Positions 22,579 through 36,015 of a stretch of 64,000 bases of DNA are shown one piece after another. The notes beneath the pieces are model-generated. The model did not search any database. It was not told the DNA's origin and saw only the letters and a program-made list of their open reading frames with translations. The position numbers and the translations under genes were made by a program. Position 1 is the stretch's first letter. Each line of letters starts with the position of its first letter. Source of the DNA: Mobula hypostoma (Eukaryota); NCBI RefSeq assembly GCF_963921235.1, contig NC_086097.1, forward strand, positions 22,322,001 through 22,386,000. The letters are read 5' to 3'.

Positions 22579-25500
22579 ACATAACATAAGAACATAAGAA
22601 ATAGGAGCAGGAGTAGCCATCTGGTCCATCAAGCCTGCTCCGCCATTCAATAAGATCATGGCTGATCAGGCCATGGACTCATCTCCATCTACCTGCCTTT
22701 TCCCCATAACCCTTAATTCCCCTCCTATGCAAAAATCTATCCAACCTTGTCTTAAATATATTTACTGAGGTAGCCTCCACTGCTTCATTGGGCAGAATTC
22801 CACAGATTCACTGCTCTCTGGGAAAAGCAGTTCCTCCTCTTCTCCATCCAAAATCTACTCCCTGAATCTTGAGTCTATGTTCCCTAGTTCCAGTCGCACC
22901 TACCGGTGGAAGCAACTTTCCTGCCTCGATCTTATCTATCCCTTAATTTTATATGTTTCTATAAGACCTCTTCTCATTCTTCTGAATTCCAGTGAGTACA
23001 GTCCCAGGTGACTCAATCTCTCCTCATAACCTAACCCCTTCATCTCTTGAATCAACCTGGTGAACCTCCTCTGCACCGCCTCCAAAACCAGTATATCCTT
23101 CAAGTAAGGAGACCAGAACTGCATGCAGTACTCCAGGTGTGGCCTCACCAGTACCCTGCACAGTTGCAGCATAACCTCCCTGCTCTTAAATTCAATCCCT
23201 CTAGCAATGAAGGCCAGTTTGCCTTCTTGACAGCCTGCTGTACCTGCAAACCAATCTTTTATGATTCATGCACTATCACCCCCAATTCCCTCTGCACAGC
23301 AGCATGCTGCAATTTTTATCATTTAAATAATAATTTGCTCTTTCATTTTTCCTTCCAAAGTGGATGACCTCACATTTCCCAAAATTGTACTCCATCTGCC
23401 AGACCAATCACCACTCACTTTACCTATTTATATCTCTCTGCAGACTCTCCTTATCTTCTGCACAATTTGCTTTTCCACTCAATTTAGTATCATCAGCAAA
23501 CTTAGACACACTACACTTAGTCCCCTCTTCCATATCATTAATGAATATCATGAACAGTTGAGGGCACAACACCGACCCCTGCAGCACACCGTCACCATTG
23601 ATTGCCAACCAGAGTAACACCCATGTATCCCATCTCTCTGCTTTCTATTAATTAACTAGTCCTCTAAACATGCTAATACATCACCCCCATCTCCATTCAT
23701 GCTTATCTTACGTCTTTTATGCGGCACCTTATCAAACGCCTTCTGGAAATCCAGGTAAATAACATCCAACTGTTCCCATTTCTCTACTGCGCACGTTATA
23801 TCCTCAAAAAACCCCAGCAAGTTTGTCAAACAATATCTGCCTTTGCTGAATCCATGCTGCGTCTGCCTGATGGATCCATTTCTTTCCAGATGTCTCACTA
23901 TTTCTTCTTTAATGATAGCTTCAAGCATTTTCCCAACTACAGATGTTAAACTAACTGGAATATAGTTACCTGCCTTTTGCCTACATCCTGTTTTGAACAG
24001 TGACGTGTCACTTGCCATCTTCCAATCTGCCGGAACCTGCCCAGAGTCCAGAGAATTTTGGTAAATTATCATAAAAGCCTCTACTATAACTTCTGCCATT
24101 TCTTTCAGTACCTGGGATGCATTTCATCAGCACCAGGAAAGTTATCTATCTTCAAGCCCACAAGTTTGCTTAGCGCTACCTGTTTAGTGGTAGCTGTTGT
24201 CTCAAGGTCCTTACCTCCCATCACATCCGTAACATCTCTCTTTGGCATGTTAGATGTGTCCTCCACTATGAAGACTGACACAAAATAGTCATTCAAAGCC
24301 TCTGCCATTTCCTCATTACCCAATATCAATTCCCCTTTCTCGTCCTCCAAGGGACCCACGTTCACTTTAGTCACTCTTTTCTGTTTTATATAATTTATAA
24401 GCTTCCCTTTCTTTATTGCTTGCTTAGTAGTTCTTTGTTGCTTTTTAAAGTTTTCCCAAGCTTCCAATTTCCCACTACTCTTGGTGACTTTGCATGCACG
24501 AGCTTTTAGTTTGATGCCTTCTTTTATTTCCTTAGTTATCCAAGGCTGGATCTCCCCACCCTTACTGTCCTTGCTTTTAACTGGAATATACTTTTGTTGA
24601 GCACCGTGAAAAATCTCTTTGAAAGTCTTCCACTGTTCCTCAACCATCCCACCATATAGCCTGTGTTCCCAGTCTATACTAGCCAAATCCTCCCTCATCC
24701 CATTGTAGTCTCCCTTGTTTAGGCATAACACACTGGTTTAAGATTGAACTATTGCACCCTCCATTTGTATGAGAAACTCAGTCATACTGAGCTCACTCTT
24801 TCCAAGAGGATCCTTGACTACACGATCACTAATTTTACTTGTCTCATTGCACAGGACCAAATCTAAGATAGGACATTCCCTTGTAGGTTCAGTAACATGC
24901 TGTTCAAGAAAGCCATCATGGATGCATTCTATGAAGTCCTCCTCAAGACTTCTGTACCAACTTGATTCACCCAATCTATGTGCAAGTTAAAGTCCCCATG
25001 ATAACTGCTGCCCATTCTTACATGCCTGAGATACCTCTCTGTTTATTGCCTGTGCCACTGTAATGTTATTATTCGGTGACCAATAGACAACTCCCTTTAC
25101 TATTCCTAATCTCTACCCAGATGAATTCAACATTCTGCTCCTTAGATCTTATATTGTCTCTCACTATCACCCTGGTCTTTTCTTTAATTAAGAGCACTAC
25201 CCCACCTCCCTTACCTTCTTGCCTATCCTTCCGTATTACCGGATATCCTTGGATATTTAATTCCCAACCCTCTCCACCCTGCAACCATGTCTCTGCAATG
25301 GCTACTAAATCATACCCCTTTGTACTGATTTGTACCACAAGTTCACCGAACTTGATTTGAATACTAAGGGCATTCAAATAAAGTGCCCTTACACTCATTG
25401 TGTTTTTAAAATCTTGTAATCTTTTTCTCTCTTGCACTTGACTTTTCTTTGGACGAACCAAGGTAGAACATACAGGGTAAATGGTAAGGCACTGAGGAGT

Positions 25501-26990
25501 GTAGTAGAACAGAGGGAGCTGGGAATACAGATACAAAATTCCCTAAAAGTGGCGTCACAGGTAGATAGTGTCATAAAGAGAGCTTTTGGTACATTGGCCT
25601 TTATTAATCAAAGTATTGAGTATAGGAGTTGGAATGTTATGGTGAGGTTGTATAAGACATTGGTAGGCCGAATCTGGAGTATTGCGTTCAGTTTTGGTCA
25701 CCAAATTACAGGAAGGATATAAATAAGGTTGAAAGAGTGCAGAGAAGGTTTACAAGGATGTTGCCGGGACTTGAGAAACTGAGTTACAGAGAAAGGTTGA
25801 ATAGGTTAGGACTTTATTCCCTGGAGCGTAGAAGAATGAGGGGAGATTTGATAGAGGTATATAAAATTATGATGGGTATAGATAGAGTGAATACAGGCAG
25901 GCTTTTTCCACTGAGGCAAGGGGAGAAAAAAACCCAGAGGACATGGGTTAAGGGTGAAAGGGGAAAAGTTTAAAGGGAACATTGGGGGGTGCTTCTTCAC
26001 ACAGAGAGTGGTGGGAGTGTGGAATGAACTGCCAGATGAAGTGGTAAGTGCGGGCTCACTTTTAACATTTAAGAAAAACCTGGACAGGTACATGGATGAG
26101 AGGTGTATGGAGGGACATGGTCCAGGTGCAGGTCAGTGGGACTAGGCAGGAAAATGGTGCGGCACAGCCAAGAAGGGCCAAAAGGCCTGTTTCTGTGTTG
26201 TAATGTTTCTATGGTTTCTGTGGTTTCTTTTTTATCTTTTGCTTTTACTTTATCTTTATCCACACTATTCTTTTTTACTTTATCCATACTTCTCCAATCT
26301 GTTGAACCCACACCCCTACTATTTAGTTTACAGCCCTAGTTATGTAATTCTGTAGGATCCAGGTCCCATCACAGTTCAGGTGGAGCCCATCCCATTGGGA
26401 CAGCTTCCTCCTGCCCCGGTACTGATATCAATTTCCCATGAATTCAAACCCACTTCACCCACACCAGTTCTTGAGCCATGCATTTAACTCTCTAATCATC
26501 TTGACGCTATGCCCATTTGCACATGGCTCTGGTAGTAATCCAGAGATTACCACCTTTTTGGTTCTGCTTTTTAATTTAGTCCCTAGCTGCTCAAATTCCC
26601 TCAGCAGAACCTCTTTCTTCATTCTAACTATGTTGTTGGTACCAACATGGACCACGATAACTGGGTCTTCCCCTCCCACTACAAACTCCTCTGCAGGTTA
26701 GATAAGATGTCCTGAACCCAGGCACCAGGCAGGCAGCACAGCCTTTAGGATGCTCTATCCTCACGACAGAAGCCCAGATCCCAGGTCATCAACTTTGAGT
26801 CTGAGTTCCTCGAGCAGCCAACACTTGCTGCAGATGTGGTCACCAGGAACCACAATGGGGTCCACCAGCTCCCACATCATGCAGCTACAGCACATCACCT
26901 GATCCTGTATCACTCCTACTTTATTTGATTAGCTGTAATTTAGTGACCTTTTATTCAACCACTACAAAAAGCCTTACTTGCTACTTACCT
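22579..26990 (-). mobile_element. Near full-length decayed CR1 LINE (ORF1 Zn-finger plus SGNH esterase; ORF2 APE plus RT)
   Basis: ORF1 VVHVGTNN..KVVISGLLP (26455-26679); APE YLNA.SI..AIAETWL..GGGV (25069-25400); RT YLDFQKAFDKVPH and KFADDTKL; (ACATAAGA)n tail. Confidence 0.92.
25448..26228 (+). mobile_element. CR1 3' fragment nested antisense in the long CR1
   Basis: QRRFTRMLPGL and FFTQRVVGVWNELP motifs; (TTCTATGG)n tail. Confidence 0.88.
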
Positions 26991-27370
26991 GTGCTTTGCT
27001 TTACATGAGTGCCTGCAAGTTAGTAAAGGAAGAAAGAAAACAAATCTCAAGGTAGTATATGGTGACATATAAGTACTTTGATAATACTTTGAACTTTGAT
27101 CTTTAACTGAAGGGTTCTGTTTGCAGGCTCATCCCTAACGTTCCAATACAAGCTACTATAGGGACTAAATGCATTAAGCAAGTACATTCTCACTTGCTAT
27201 GATGCCTACCCAGTCACAATCCTTCCTTCCTATGGTGTTAAGGTGGTGGACCCATTGAAAGTTTCTACATCCTTATGTTGCTTTCTGTGGGGGCTTGTGC
27301 TGGTGGCCCAGATTTGAGTTTTCTTTAGTGCATGTCAGCACAAACCTGGGTGTTTCAGAAGTTGCAGGCT

Positions 27371-28540
27371 TTCCCTTATGTCTTTTGAACAATTATCTAA
27401 TAAATATAACCTATCAAGAATACATTTTTTTAGATATTTACAAGTTAGAAATTTTCTAAGTACTATACTTCCTTCCTTTCCAATGCTTCCTCCTATATAT
27501 ATTTTAGATTCGATAATTAACCTTAATCCATGTCAGAAAGGTGCATCGGCTATGATTTATAATATTATTATGAAACTCAGGAAAGCTCCATTTGATAAGA
27601 TTAGGGTAGATTGGGAACAGGAATTGGGGCTTACCATTTCTGTGGATGATTGGGGGCAGATTTTACAATTAGTTAATACTTCCTCTATTTGTGCTAAACA
27701 TTCCCTAATTCAATTTAAAGTGGTGCATAGAGCACATATGTCCAAAGATAAGTTAGCGCATTTTTACTCGCATATTAATCCTTTCTGTGATAGATGTTCG
27801 GGGCAGATAGCCTCTTTAACTCATATGTTTTGGTCTTGCCCTACTTTGGAAACTTTTTGGAGAGATATTTTCAATATTATTTCTAAGGTATTAAATATAG
27901 ATATCTCTCCTCACCCTATTACTGCTATCTTTGGACTACCTAAAATTTCTAGTAATCTTTCCCCTTCAGCCCGTAGAATGATTGCATTTCTTACTTTAAT
28001 GGCGAAAAGATGTATTTTACAACATTGGAAAGAGCTTAATGCTCCAACTACCTTTTTTTGGTTTTCTCAGACGATTTTATGTTTGAATCTGGAGAAAATT
28101 AGAAGTAACCTTTATGATTCTTCATTTAAATTTGAACAGATTTGGGGACCTTTTATTCGATATTTTCATTTAATGTAATATTTACCCTTCTTGTTTTTTT
28201 TTCACTGTTTTAATGGAGGTCGGGATTGAGGACGTGATTTTAAGTTTAACTCTGTTTGGTTTCAAGTTAGCCCATTGCTTTGCTTTGCTTTTAGTTAGTT
28301 GCACGGTGGGTTTTTTTTTGGGGTTTTTTTTTTTCTTTTTTTCCATTGATATATATAAAATCTAGTATACTATTATGTTATCTTGGTTTCTTATGCTTAA
28401 ATTACATTGTTTGTAGTATTTTCTTTTTGGTATTGTTATCTTTTGGAATTTTATTATACTTTAACATTGTATTAATGTTTATATGGCTTACCTTTTTTGT
28501 ATACTTACTCAATAAAAAGATTTAAAAAGAAAAGAAAGAA
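27371..28540 (+). mobile_element. 5'-truncated L1/Tx1-type LINE (ORF2 C-terminus, 3'UTR, A-rich tail)
   Basis: Open 266-aa ORF with CDRC..HMFWSC zinc knuckle; AATAAA at 28511; perfect 14-bp TSD AGAAGTTGCAGGCT (27357-27370 / 28541-28554). Confidence 0.93.
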
Positions 28541-28599
28541 AGAAGTTGCAGGCTGTCATCAACCAGTCCCATCAAGATCCCTCGAAATGCCATGCACGG

Positions 28600-28935
28600 T
28601 GATAGGGCAGTTAAGAAGGTGCATGGTGTGTTGGCCTTCAATAGTAGGACGTGAGGTAATGTTGCAGATCTATAAAACCCTACTTCGAGCACACTTGGAG
28701 TATTGTGTTCAGTTCTGGTCGCCTCATTATAGGAAGGATGTGGAAGCTTCGGAGAAGGTGCAGTGAAAATTTACCAGGATGCCTCCTAGGCGAGAGAGCA
28801 TGCTTTATGTGGATAGGTTAAGAGAGCCAGGGCTTTTCTCTTTGGAGTGACGAAGGATTAGAGATGTCTTGATAGAGGTGTTTTAGATGATAAGAGGCAG
28901 AGACATAGTGGACAGCCAGAGACCATTGTCTAGAG
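28600..28935 (+). mobile_element. CR1 fragment
   Basis: LEYCVQFWSPHYRKDVE. Confidence 0.8.
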
Positions 28936-28990
28936 ACTCAACTGGGCCAACAACAACACTATTGAAGCTGCCTTTAGACATGGAAGAGAT

Positions 28991-30121
28991 CAGTGGTTCT
29001 CAACCTTTTTCTGCTTGTGGCCCACTTGTGACTTTCATTTACCTCTGTGGCCCCACCCTCGATAGTCTCCGTTAGTTGCTAAAGTTTATATGGTCAACTG
29101 TACTAATTATTCTAATATACAGTCAATATTTATGTTTTAACTGGTAATTGGTATTAATGTTTGGTATTAATAAATATAATGTTACAGGTTTATTTGAAAA
29201 AGAAAACTATTTCAAAGATCTGTATAGGATACTTTATTTATAATAATAATATTCTCCCAATAAGCAATGAAAAAGTGCTACTTTGGGTATTTAATGAGAT
29301 CCTTTCAACTGATGCAAACTAGTGAGTATTTGAATATCAGGTTACAACTTGGTTAAAAGATAATCGAAGATCTCTTTTCACAACATCAAGACAGTTACAA
29401 GCTTTTGATAGCAGGTGAAAAGCTTGACTAAGACCACATTCAACTATCTAACAGGTGGGAAATCCAATTAAAAACAACTTAGCTTTCTCCCAGAGCTGTA
29501 GAAACATACAGTATTTTGAATATTACTGTTTATCCAGAAATTTTGCTTGAGCTGTTACATCACTCTGCAACTCAGTGAGACATTGTTGCAATGTGGTGTC
29601 AACATCATTCACTTTCACCCCAATGGATCCACCACCCAGTCTGGAATATGCATCTCTAGCGGGTCTCTGAACTGAAACTCCCTATCAATGTGCAGTTGTT
29701 TCAAATAATCAAGATACTGTATACAATCAGATCACCATCCTGCAGTTCCATTTTGAGTGGTCAGTGAAGGAAATAGCATTAAGCCATAACATTCAATATT
29801 GTTGAAAAGCTTGTTTTCTGAGGAAAGTGGTAATAACCTCTTTGCATGATATGAGATTGCAGCTTTTTTCATTGTAACCTTTTGTTTAATAATTTCTGTT
29901 TTCCATATATATCTGACAGGTGAAATATGTCAAACTTAGCCGTGACAATTTCTTCTCCAAGCTTCTTATCACTTAGGAATACTACAATGCTATCAAGAAA
30001 AGCGAATTGAACTTCCTTCCAAAATATGGTAAGTATCAGGGGTGTAATGGAAGTCATAGTGGTAGATAGTGATGCAATGGTGGACTTCACGTGTTCTCGT
30101 TTCTGGCAGATAACCTCACGG
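28991..30121 (-). mobile_element. hAT Charlie/Buster-type transposon remnant with transposase C-terminus
   Basis: TIR CAGTGGTTCTCAAC at 28991; - strand LWEKAKLFLIGFPTC*IVECGLS..DLRL (hAT dimerisation region). Confidence 0.85.
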
Positions 30122-30780
30122 CAATGGACCCAGCACTGATCCCTGCAGCACTCCACTAGTCGCAGGCCTCCAGTCAGAGAGGCAACCATGTATTACCACT
30201 TTCTGGCTTCTCTCTCAAAGCCAATGACTAATCCAATTTACTACCTCATTTTGAATGCCAAGCAACTGAACCTGCCTGACCAACCTCCCATGAGGGACTT
30301 GTCAAAGGCCTTGCTAAAGTCCATATAGACAATATCCACTGTCTTACCTTTATCCACTTTCCTGCACGACCCACTATGGGACAAAGCCATGCTGATTATC
30401 CATAATCAGCCCGTCTCTTCAAATGCTCAGATAGAATCATGAATACCCTAGAATACCTTCCAATAACTTTCCTACTACGGATGGCAGACACACCGGCCTG
30501 TAATTTCCTGGTTTGTTTTTGGAGCCTTTCTTAAACAGCGGAACAACATAAGTATCCTCCAGTCCTCTAGTACCTCACCTGGCAGTAAGGATGATTTAAA
30601 TATCTTTGTTAGGGCCCCTGTAATTTCTGCATTTGCCTCTCACAGGTTCCGAGAAAACATCTTGTCAGCCCTGGGGAATTATCTACCTTAATCTACCTCA
30701 AGACAGCAAATACTTCCTCCTCTGTAATCTGTATAGGGTCCATGACCTCACTGCTGTTTTGCCTCACCTCTATAGACTGA
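30122..30780 (-). mobile_element. CR1 RT fragment
   Basis: Reverse complement gives PGNYRPV and YMDFSKAFDK motifs. Confidence 0.8.
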
Positions 30781-31374
30781 ATAAAGCTAATCTTTAATTT
30801 GATTTTTCTTTCTTTGGATGGCCCAACAAATGGATTTCATTATACCATCCCCATGGAAAACAGGAGAATGATTCCCAGTCCTGAACCAATTCTTAACCCT
30901 CAATCAAAATACTGAACCAATTGTTTTGTCATTCTTAGTTCACTGTTTGTGGGAGCTTGCTGAGCAGAAAGTGGATTGAACTTATGAATGTTGTATTTTC
31001 TATCTTACAAATGTGACTGTCCTTCAGCAGTGTCTTACTGGCTGTGAAAGATGTATTAAGAATATTAGCCTTTTATTCCAAAGTTGGAGAAATAAATAAC
31101 CACAATAATCAATAACCAGCCTGATACACAATTCTACATTAATGCTGCCTATCATACTTATGTTAAATATTAACCTTGCAGAACAACTTAATGGCCTTTT
31201 ACTAATCCTGTAATGATATTTTACAAACTATAATATGAAAGTAATTAATAAAGTAATTGGAAGAAATGTGAAATTAATTTTATCACTTGGTGAGTTGTTG
31301 TAACCTGGATTGCTCATAGAGCATAGAACATAGAACTGTCCAGCACAGGATAGGCCCTTTGGCCCACAATGAAT

Positions 31375-33915
31375 AGTCCTTGAAATTGAATCTGTAGTTT
31401 GTGGGAACAGTTCAGTGATTGGTCAAGTGAAGTTGAGTGAAGTTATTCCTTCTGGATCAGGAGCCTGATAGTTGAGGGGTAATAACTGTTCTTAAACTTG
31501 GTGGTGTGAGTCCTGAGGCTCCAGTACCTTCTTCCTGATGGTGGCAGTGGGACGAGAGCATGGCCTGGATGGTGGTGGTTCATGATGATGGATGGTGCTT
31601 TCCTGTGACTGCGCACTGTGTAGACGTGCTCCATGGTAGGAAGGGCTTTATCTACGATAGACTAGGTCGTATCCACTACTTTGTGGAGGATTTTCTGTTC
31701 AATGATTCGCTGTGTTTCCAGACCAGGGCATGATGCAATCAGTGAACAAAGTTTTCACCACACATCCATAGAGGTTTGTCCAAGTTTTAGATGTCATGTC
31801 GAATCTTTGCAAAATTCTAAGAAAGTAGAGGCTATGCCGTGCTTCCTTCATAACTGCACTTATGTGCTGGGCTCAAGACAGATCCTCAGGAATTATAACA
31901 CTGAAGAATTTTAAGTTGCTGAACCTCTCCACTACTGACACCTGACTAGGGCTGGCTCCACCTGAAGTCAATAATCAGCTTCTTGATCTTGCTGACATTG
32001 AGTGAGAGGTTGTTGTTGTGGCACCACCGAGCCAGATTTTCAATCTCCCTCTTACGTACTGATTCATCACCACCTTTGATTTGGTGAATAGCAGTGTTGT
32101 TGGCAAACTTAAATATGGTATTAGAGCTGTGCTTAGCCTCGCAGTCGTAAGTATAAAGTGAGTAGAGCAGGTAGCTAAGCACACAGCCTTGTGGTGCACC
32201 TGTGCTATGGAGAGTGTAGAGGAGATATTGTTTCCAATCCGAACAAACTAGGTTCTGTGTGTGGAAATTGAGGATCCAATTGTACAAAGAGGTATTGAGG
32301 CCTAGGTCCTGAAGCTTATTGTTTAGTTTTGAGGGGATGATAGTATTGAATGCTGAGCTGTAGTCCATAAAGAGAATTCTGATGTATGCATCTTTGGTGT
32401 CCAGATGTTCCAGGATTGACTGAAGAGCTAATGAAATGGCATCCGCTGCAGACCTTCTGTGAAAGTAGGCAAATTGGAGTGGATCCAAGTCGCTCCTCAG
32501 GCAGGAGTTGATATGGTTCATCACCACCCTCTCAAAGCACTTCATCACGGTGGATGTGAGTGCTACTGGATGGCAGTCACTAAGGCAGGTTACCACATTT
32601 TTTGTTGACACTGGTATAAGTGAAGCTGCTTGAAGCAAAAGGGTACCTCTGACTGCTAAAATGAGAGGTTAAAGATATCTGTGAACACTCCAGCCATTGG
32701 TCAGCACAGGACTTTAGAACTCGGTCAGATAACCCATCTGGGCCGAATGCTTTTCATGGGTTCCTGGGAGACTAAAATCACAGGGTCATCAGGGTCTGCA
32801 GGAGTTTGTGAAGTTTCCTCCATATTTTGATGGTCAAAGTGAACATGGAAGGCATTGAGATCATTTGAGAGCGAAGCCTTGTTGTCGTCTATGTCGCTTG
32901 GTTTTACTTTGTAAGAGGTAATAGCATTGAAACCCTGCCACAGCTGTCAAGCATCCCCCAGTGACTCAGGTTTGGTCTGGAATTGCTACTTTGCACGTGA
33001 GATGGCATTTCAGAGATCGTTCCTGGACCTTGTGCATCTTACTTGGTCACCAGATCTGAATGCCACTGAACTGGCCCTCAGCAGATTGTGAGTCTTATGA
33101 TTCATCCAGAGCTTCTGTCTGGGGAAGACCCTGAATGATTTTGTGGGGCACCCTTGTTGACGCCTGTTTTAGTAAAGTCCATGACAGTCATGCTCTATTC
33201 ATTCCGATCATCTGATGAGTCTTTGAACACGACCTAGTTCACTGACTCGAAGCAATCCCGTACGCGTTACTCTGCCTCCCACGATCACTTCTTTGTTGTT
33301 ACCACTCTGGAGCCTTGCTCTTTAGCCTTTGCCTGTATGCAGGTAGGAGGAAAACCAAGTGATCAGAATTCCCGAAAGCAGTCTAGGTATTCTTTATCAT
33401 AGTATCGTGGAGGTCTAGTGTGGTGGGATCCCTAGTGTTGCAGGATATACGCTGATGATAATTGGGCAGCAATTTCTTCAAACATGCCTGACTGAAGTCC
33501 CTGACTCTGATTTGAAATGTGTTGGAGTAGGTAGTTTCTTGTTCAGTGATGGCAGCATTTAATATCCCAAATGCTTGGTGAACGTATTTTTTTTGGTGGT
33601 ATGTAAACTGTGGTCAGGATCTTGGAGGAGAACTCTCTTGGTAAGTAGAATGATCCTCACATAATCATTAGGTGTTCCAGTCATGGGAATAAGAGTGCGA
33701 CAAGAGCAAGACTGCTGCATCCGAGCACCACAGAGAGTTTATCAGGAAACACAAGTCCCCCTTTTGCCTTCTGCAAAACATCAGGTCAGTCCATCCTCTG
33801 TATCGAGTCTGATCTACCTTGGGTCTGATCATTGAACTCAATATGTTCAGAGTGAGCCAATGCTCCATGAAATACAGAATGCAGCAATTCCTCATTTCCC
33901 CCTGATACAGCAACC
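31375..33915 (-). mobile_element. Rex1/Babar LINE, decayed APE-RT region
   Basis: ORF 31946-32638 PVALTSTVMKCFER..DPLQFAY..DYSSAFNTI..GAPQGCVLS; 3' HHPGHAL..LPPSGRRY. Confidence 0.9.
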
Positions 33916-34269
33916 ATGCCCTTGGTCCTCAATCTTGTTCTTCAGCAACAGTATCTTTGCTATCAAAAGGCTAGGTTGAGGAACTTTAATAGCTTGGTGC
34001 TTCCGGCTAGATTTGAATTCTTTTCCCCTCCTTCTCTTCTGGCTACAGTGATGTACCTTTGTCCACTTAAAGGTGCCGTAACTGCATGCTTGAGAGTTAA
34101 ATCCATCGAGTCCTTCAGAAGATCAGGAAATCGCTAGTTCATTCAGATGATGCAAAAATACTTTGCTTACAGGGAAATTACAGGCTGCAGATTCCAGTAA
34201 GTGTAATTGAGAAGAAATATATTTAGAATTTTTGCAAGCATCACTGTGGTTCACCAACTCTACCTTGGT

Positions 34270-34510
34270 GTCATCAGCAGTTTCTGAGATACTCAAACCA
34301 CCCTGTCTGGCACCAACAATTAATCCATGGTCAAAATCACAGATCACATTTCTTCCCCATTCTGATGGTTGGTCTGAAAAAACAACTGAACCTCTAGACC
34401 ATGTCTGTGTGCTTTAATGCATCCAATTGCTGCTACATGATTGGCTGCTTAGATATTTGCATTAACGAGCAGGCATTCAGGTGTACCAAATAAAATGGTC
34501 ACTGAATGTA
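34270..34510 (-). mobile_element. Tc1-like transposon end with transposase N-terminus
   Basis: DFDHGLIVGARQGGLSISETAD; terminal CAGGTGTACCAAATAAAATGGTCACTGAATG followed by TA. Confidence 0.8.
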
Positions 34511-34684
34511 ATTATGACTTTTCATGAACACTTTGCTGTTTTCTATAATTGATATTTGATGTGTATTTTTTTCCTTTGTATCCACGAAGGAACCCATATT
34601 GTTTTATCAAATGGAATCCGAAAACTTCATTTCATTTCCATTGCTTCTATCCATTATTTCACAATGTTTTCTTTCTAAAAGTAG

Positions 34685-34800
34685 CCTTGCAAAGCACTGG
34701 ATGCGTAGCTGCTATCAAAAGCTTTTCAGAAGTGATTGTAGTTCTATCAGATTCACATCAAAGATTGCATGTTCTTGCTATAGAAATGCGTTTTCTTAGT
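34685..34800 (+). CDS. Candidate internal exon A of an unidentified host gene (LQSTGCVAAIKSFSEVIVVLSDSHQRLHVLAIEMRFLS)
   Basis: Non-repeat DNA; pyrimidine tract plus NAGNAG acceptor (AAG 34679-81 / TAG 34682-84); consensus donor GTAAGT at 34801; only one frame open; ends in phase 0. Confidence 0.55.
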
Positions 34801-34845
34801 GTAAGTTCCAGTGCACCATGCAAAGGAATTTAATTTAAAACCTAA

Positions 34846-35100
34846 ATACAAGAGGTCGTGCAGATGCTAGAAATCCAGAGTAATACACAGAAAGTGCTGG
34901 AGCATCTATAGAAAGGGATAAACAGTTAATGTTTTGAGCTGAGACCCTTCGTCAGGACAGGGAATGAAGGAAGAAGAAGCCAAAATGAGAAGGTGGGGGC
35001 AGGGGAAGGAGTACGAGCTATACAAGGTGATATGTTAAGCCAGTTGAGAAAGAAGTTAGTTTGGAGGGGGAAGGGGGATGAAGTGAGAAGCTGGGAGGTG
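34846..35100 (-). mobile_element. Old Penelope-derived tail copy (in the putative intron)
   Basis: TGCAGATGCTAGAAATCC..GAGACCCTTCGTCAGGAC. Confidence 0.75.
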
Positions 35101-35133
35101 TTCATTCAAAACCTCATTTCCAAATGCAATCAG

Positions 35134-35342
35134 GTCTTTGTGCACAGGAAGAGCACTTCCAAATATTTGTTCAGAGTCCTCCTGAATAATGTGTACATGT
35201 ACGACAAGCCTGTGTTCTCAAACAGAATACAACAGGCGACCTGCACAGTAAACTTGCTTATTCAAAACCTGCAAATAGTGGGGGTTGAGGGCACTCACAC
35301 AGAAACAAGCCGGATCTGGTATAAAGATCGTTTCGGCGTCAG
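35134..35342 (+). CDS. Candidate exon B (VFVHRKSTSKYLFRVLLNNVYMYDKPVF...RIWYKDRFGV)
   Basis: CAG acceptor in phase 0 (matches exon A); only one frame open over 209 bp; CAG|GTGGCA donor in phase 2. Confidence 0.45.
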
Positions 35343-35494
35343 GTGGCAATGACCATATTTCCTGGTCCATGCTGGAGAACCCAGAGTGTTGAGGTTCTGG
35401 CAAGTAGGCTGTCTTTAAATATTTAGCATTGTGCACACTTTCAGCCTTCCCCAGGCTCCTAATTGCATGCTCAGTTATGATCCGTCTGCTCCGA

Positions 35495-36015
35495 ATCAGA
35501 ATCAGGTTTAATATCATCGGCATATGTCGTGAAATTTGTTAACTTTGTGGCAGCAATACAATGCAGTACAAATTAATAGAAAAAAACTGTGAATTAAAGT
35601 AAATATATATATATATTAAATAGTTAAATAAGTAGAGCAAAAATAGAAATTAAAAAAAAGTAGTGAGTTAAGTGTTCCTGGGTTCAACGTCCATTCAGAA
35701 ATTGGATAGCAGAGGGCAAGGAGCTGATCCTGAATCGCTGAGTGTGCCCCTTCGGGCTTCTGTACCTCCTTCCTGATGGTAGCAATGAGAACCTGGCATG
35801 CACTGGGTGGTGGGGGTCCTTAATGATGGACACCAACTTTTCGAGGCATTGCTCCCTGAAGATATCCTGGAAACTACGGAGGCTAGCACCATGAGGAAGC
35901 TTACTATTTTACAACTCTCTGCAGCTTACTTTGATCCTGAGCAGTAGCCCCCCATACCAGATAGTGATGCAGCCAAGTTAGGATGCTCTCCATGGTACCT
36001 CTGTAGAAATTTGCA
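35495..36015 (-). mobile_element. Rex1/Babar 3' fragment
   Basis: Reverse complement ESIL..SIIKDPHHP..LLPSGRRY; (AATCAG)n tail. Confidence 0.8.
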
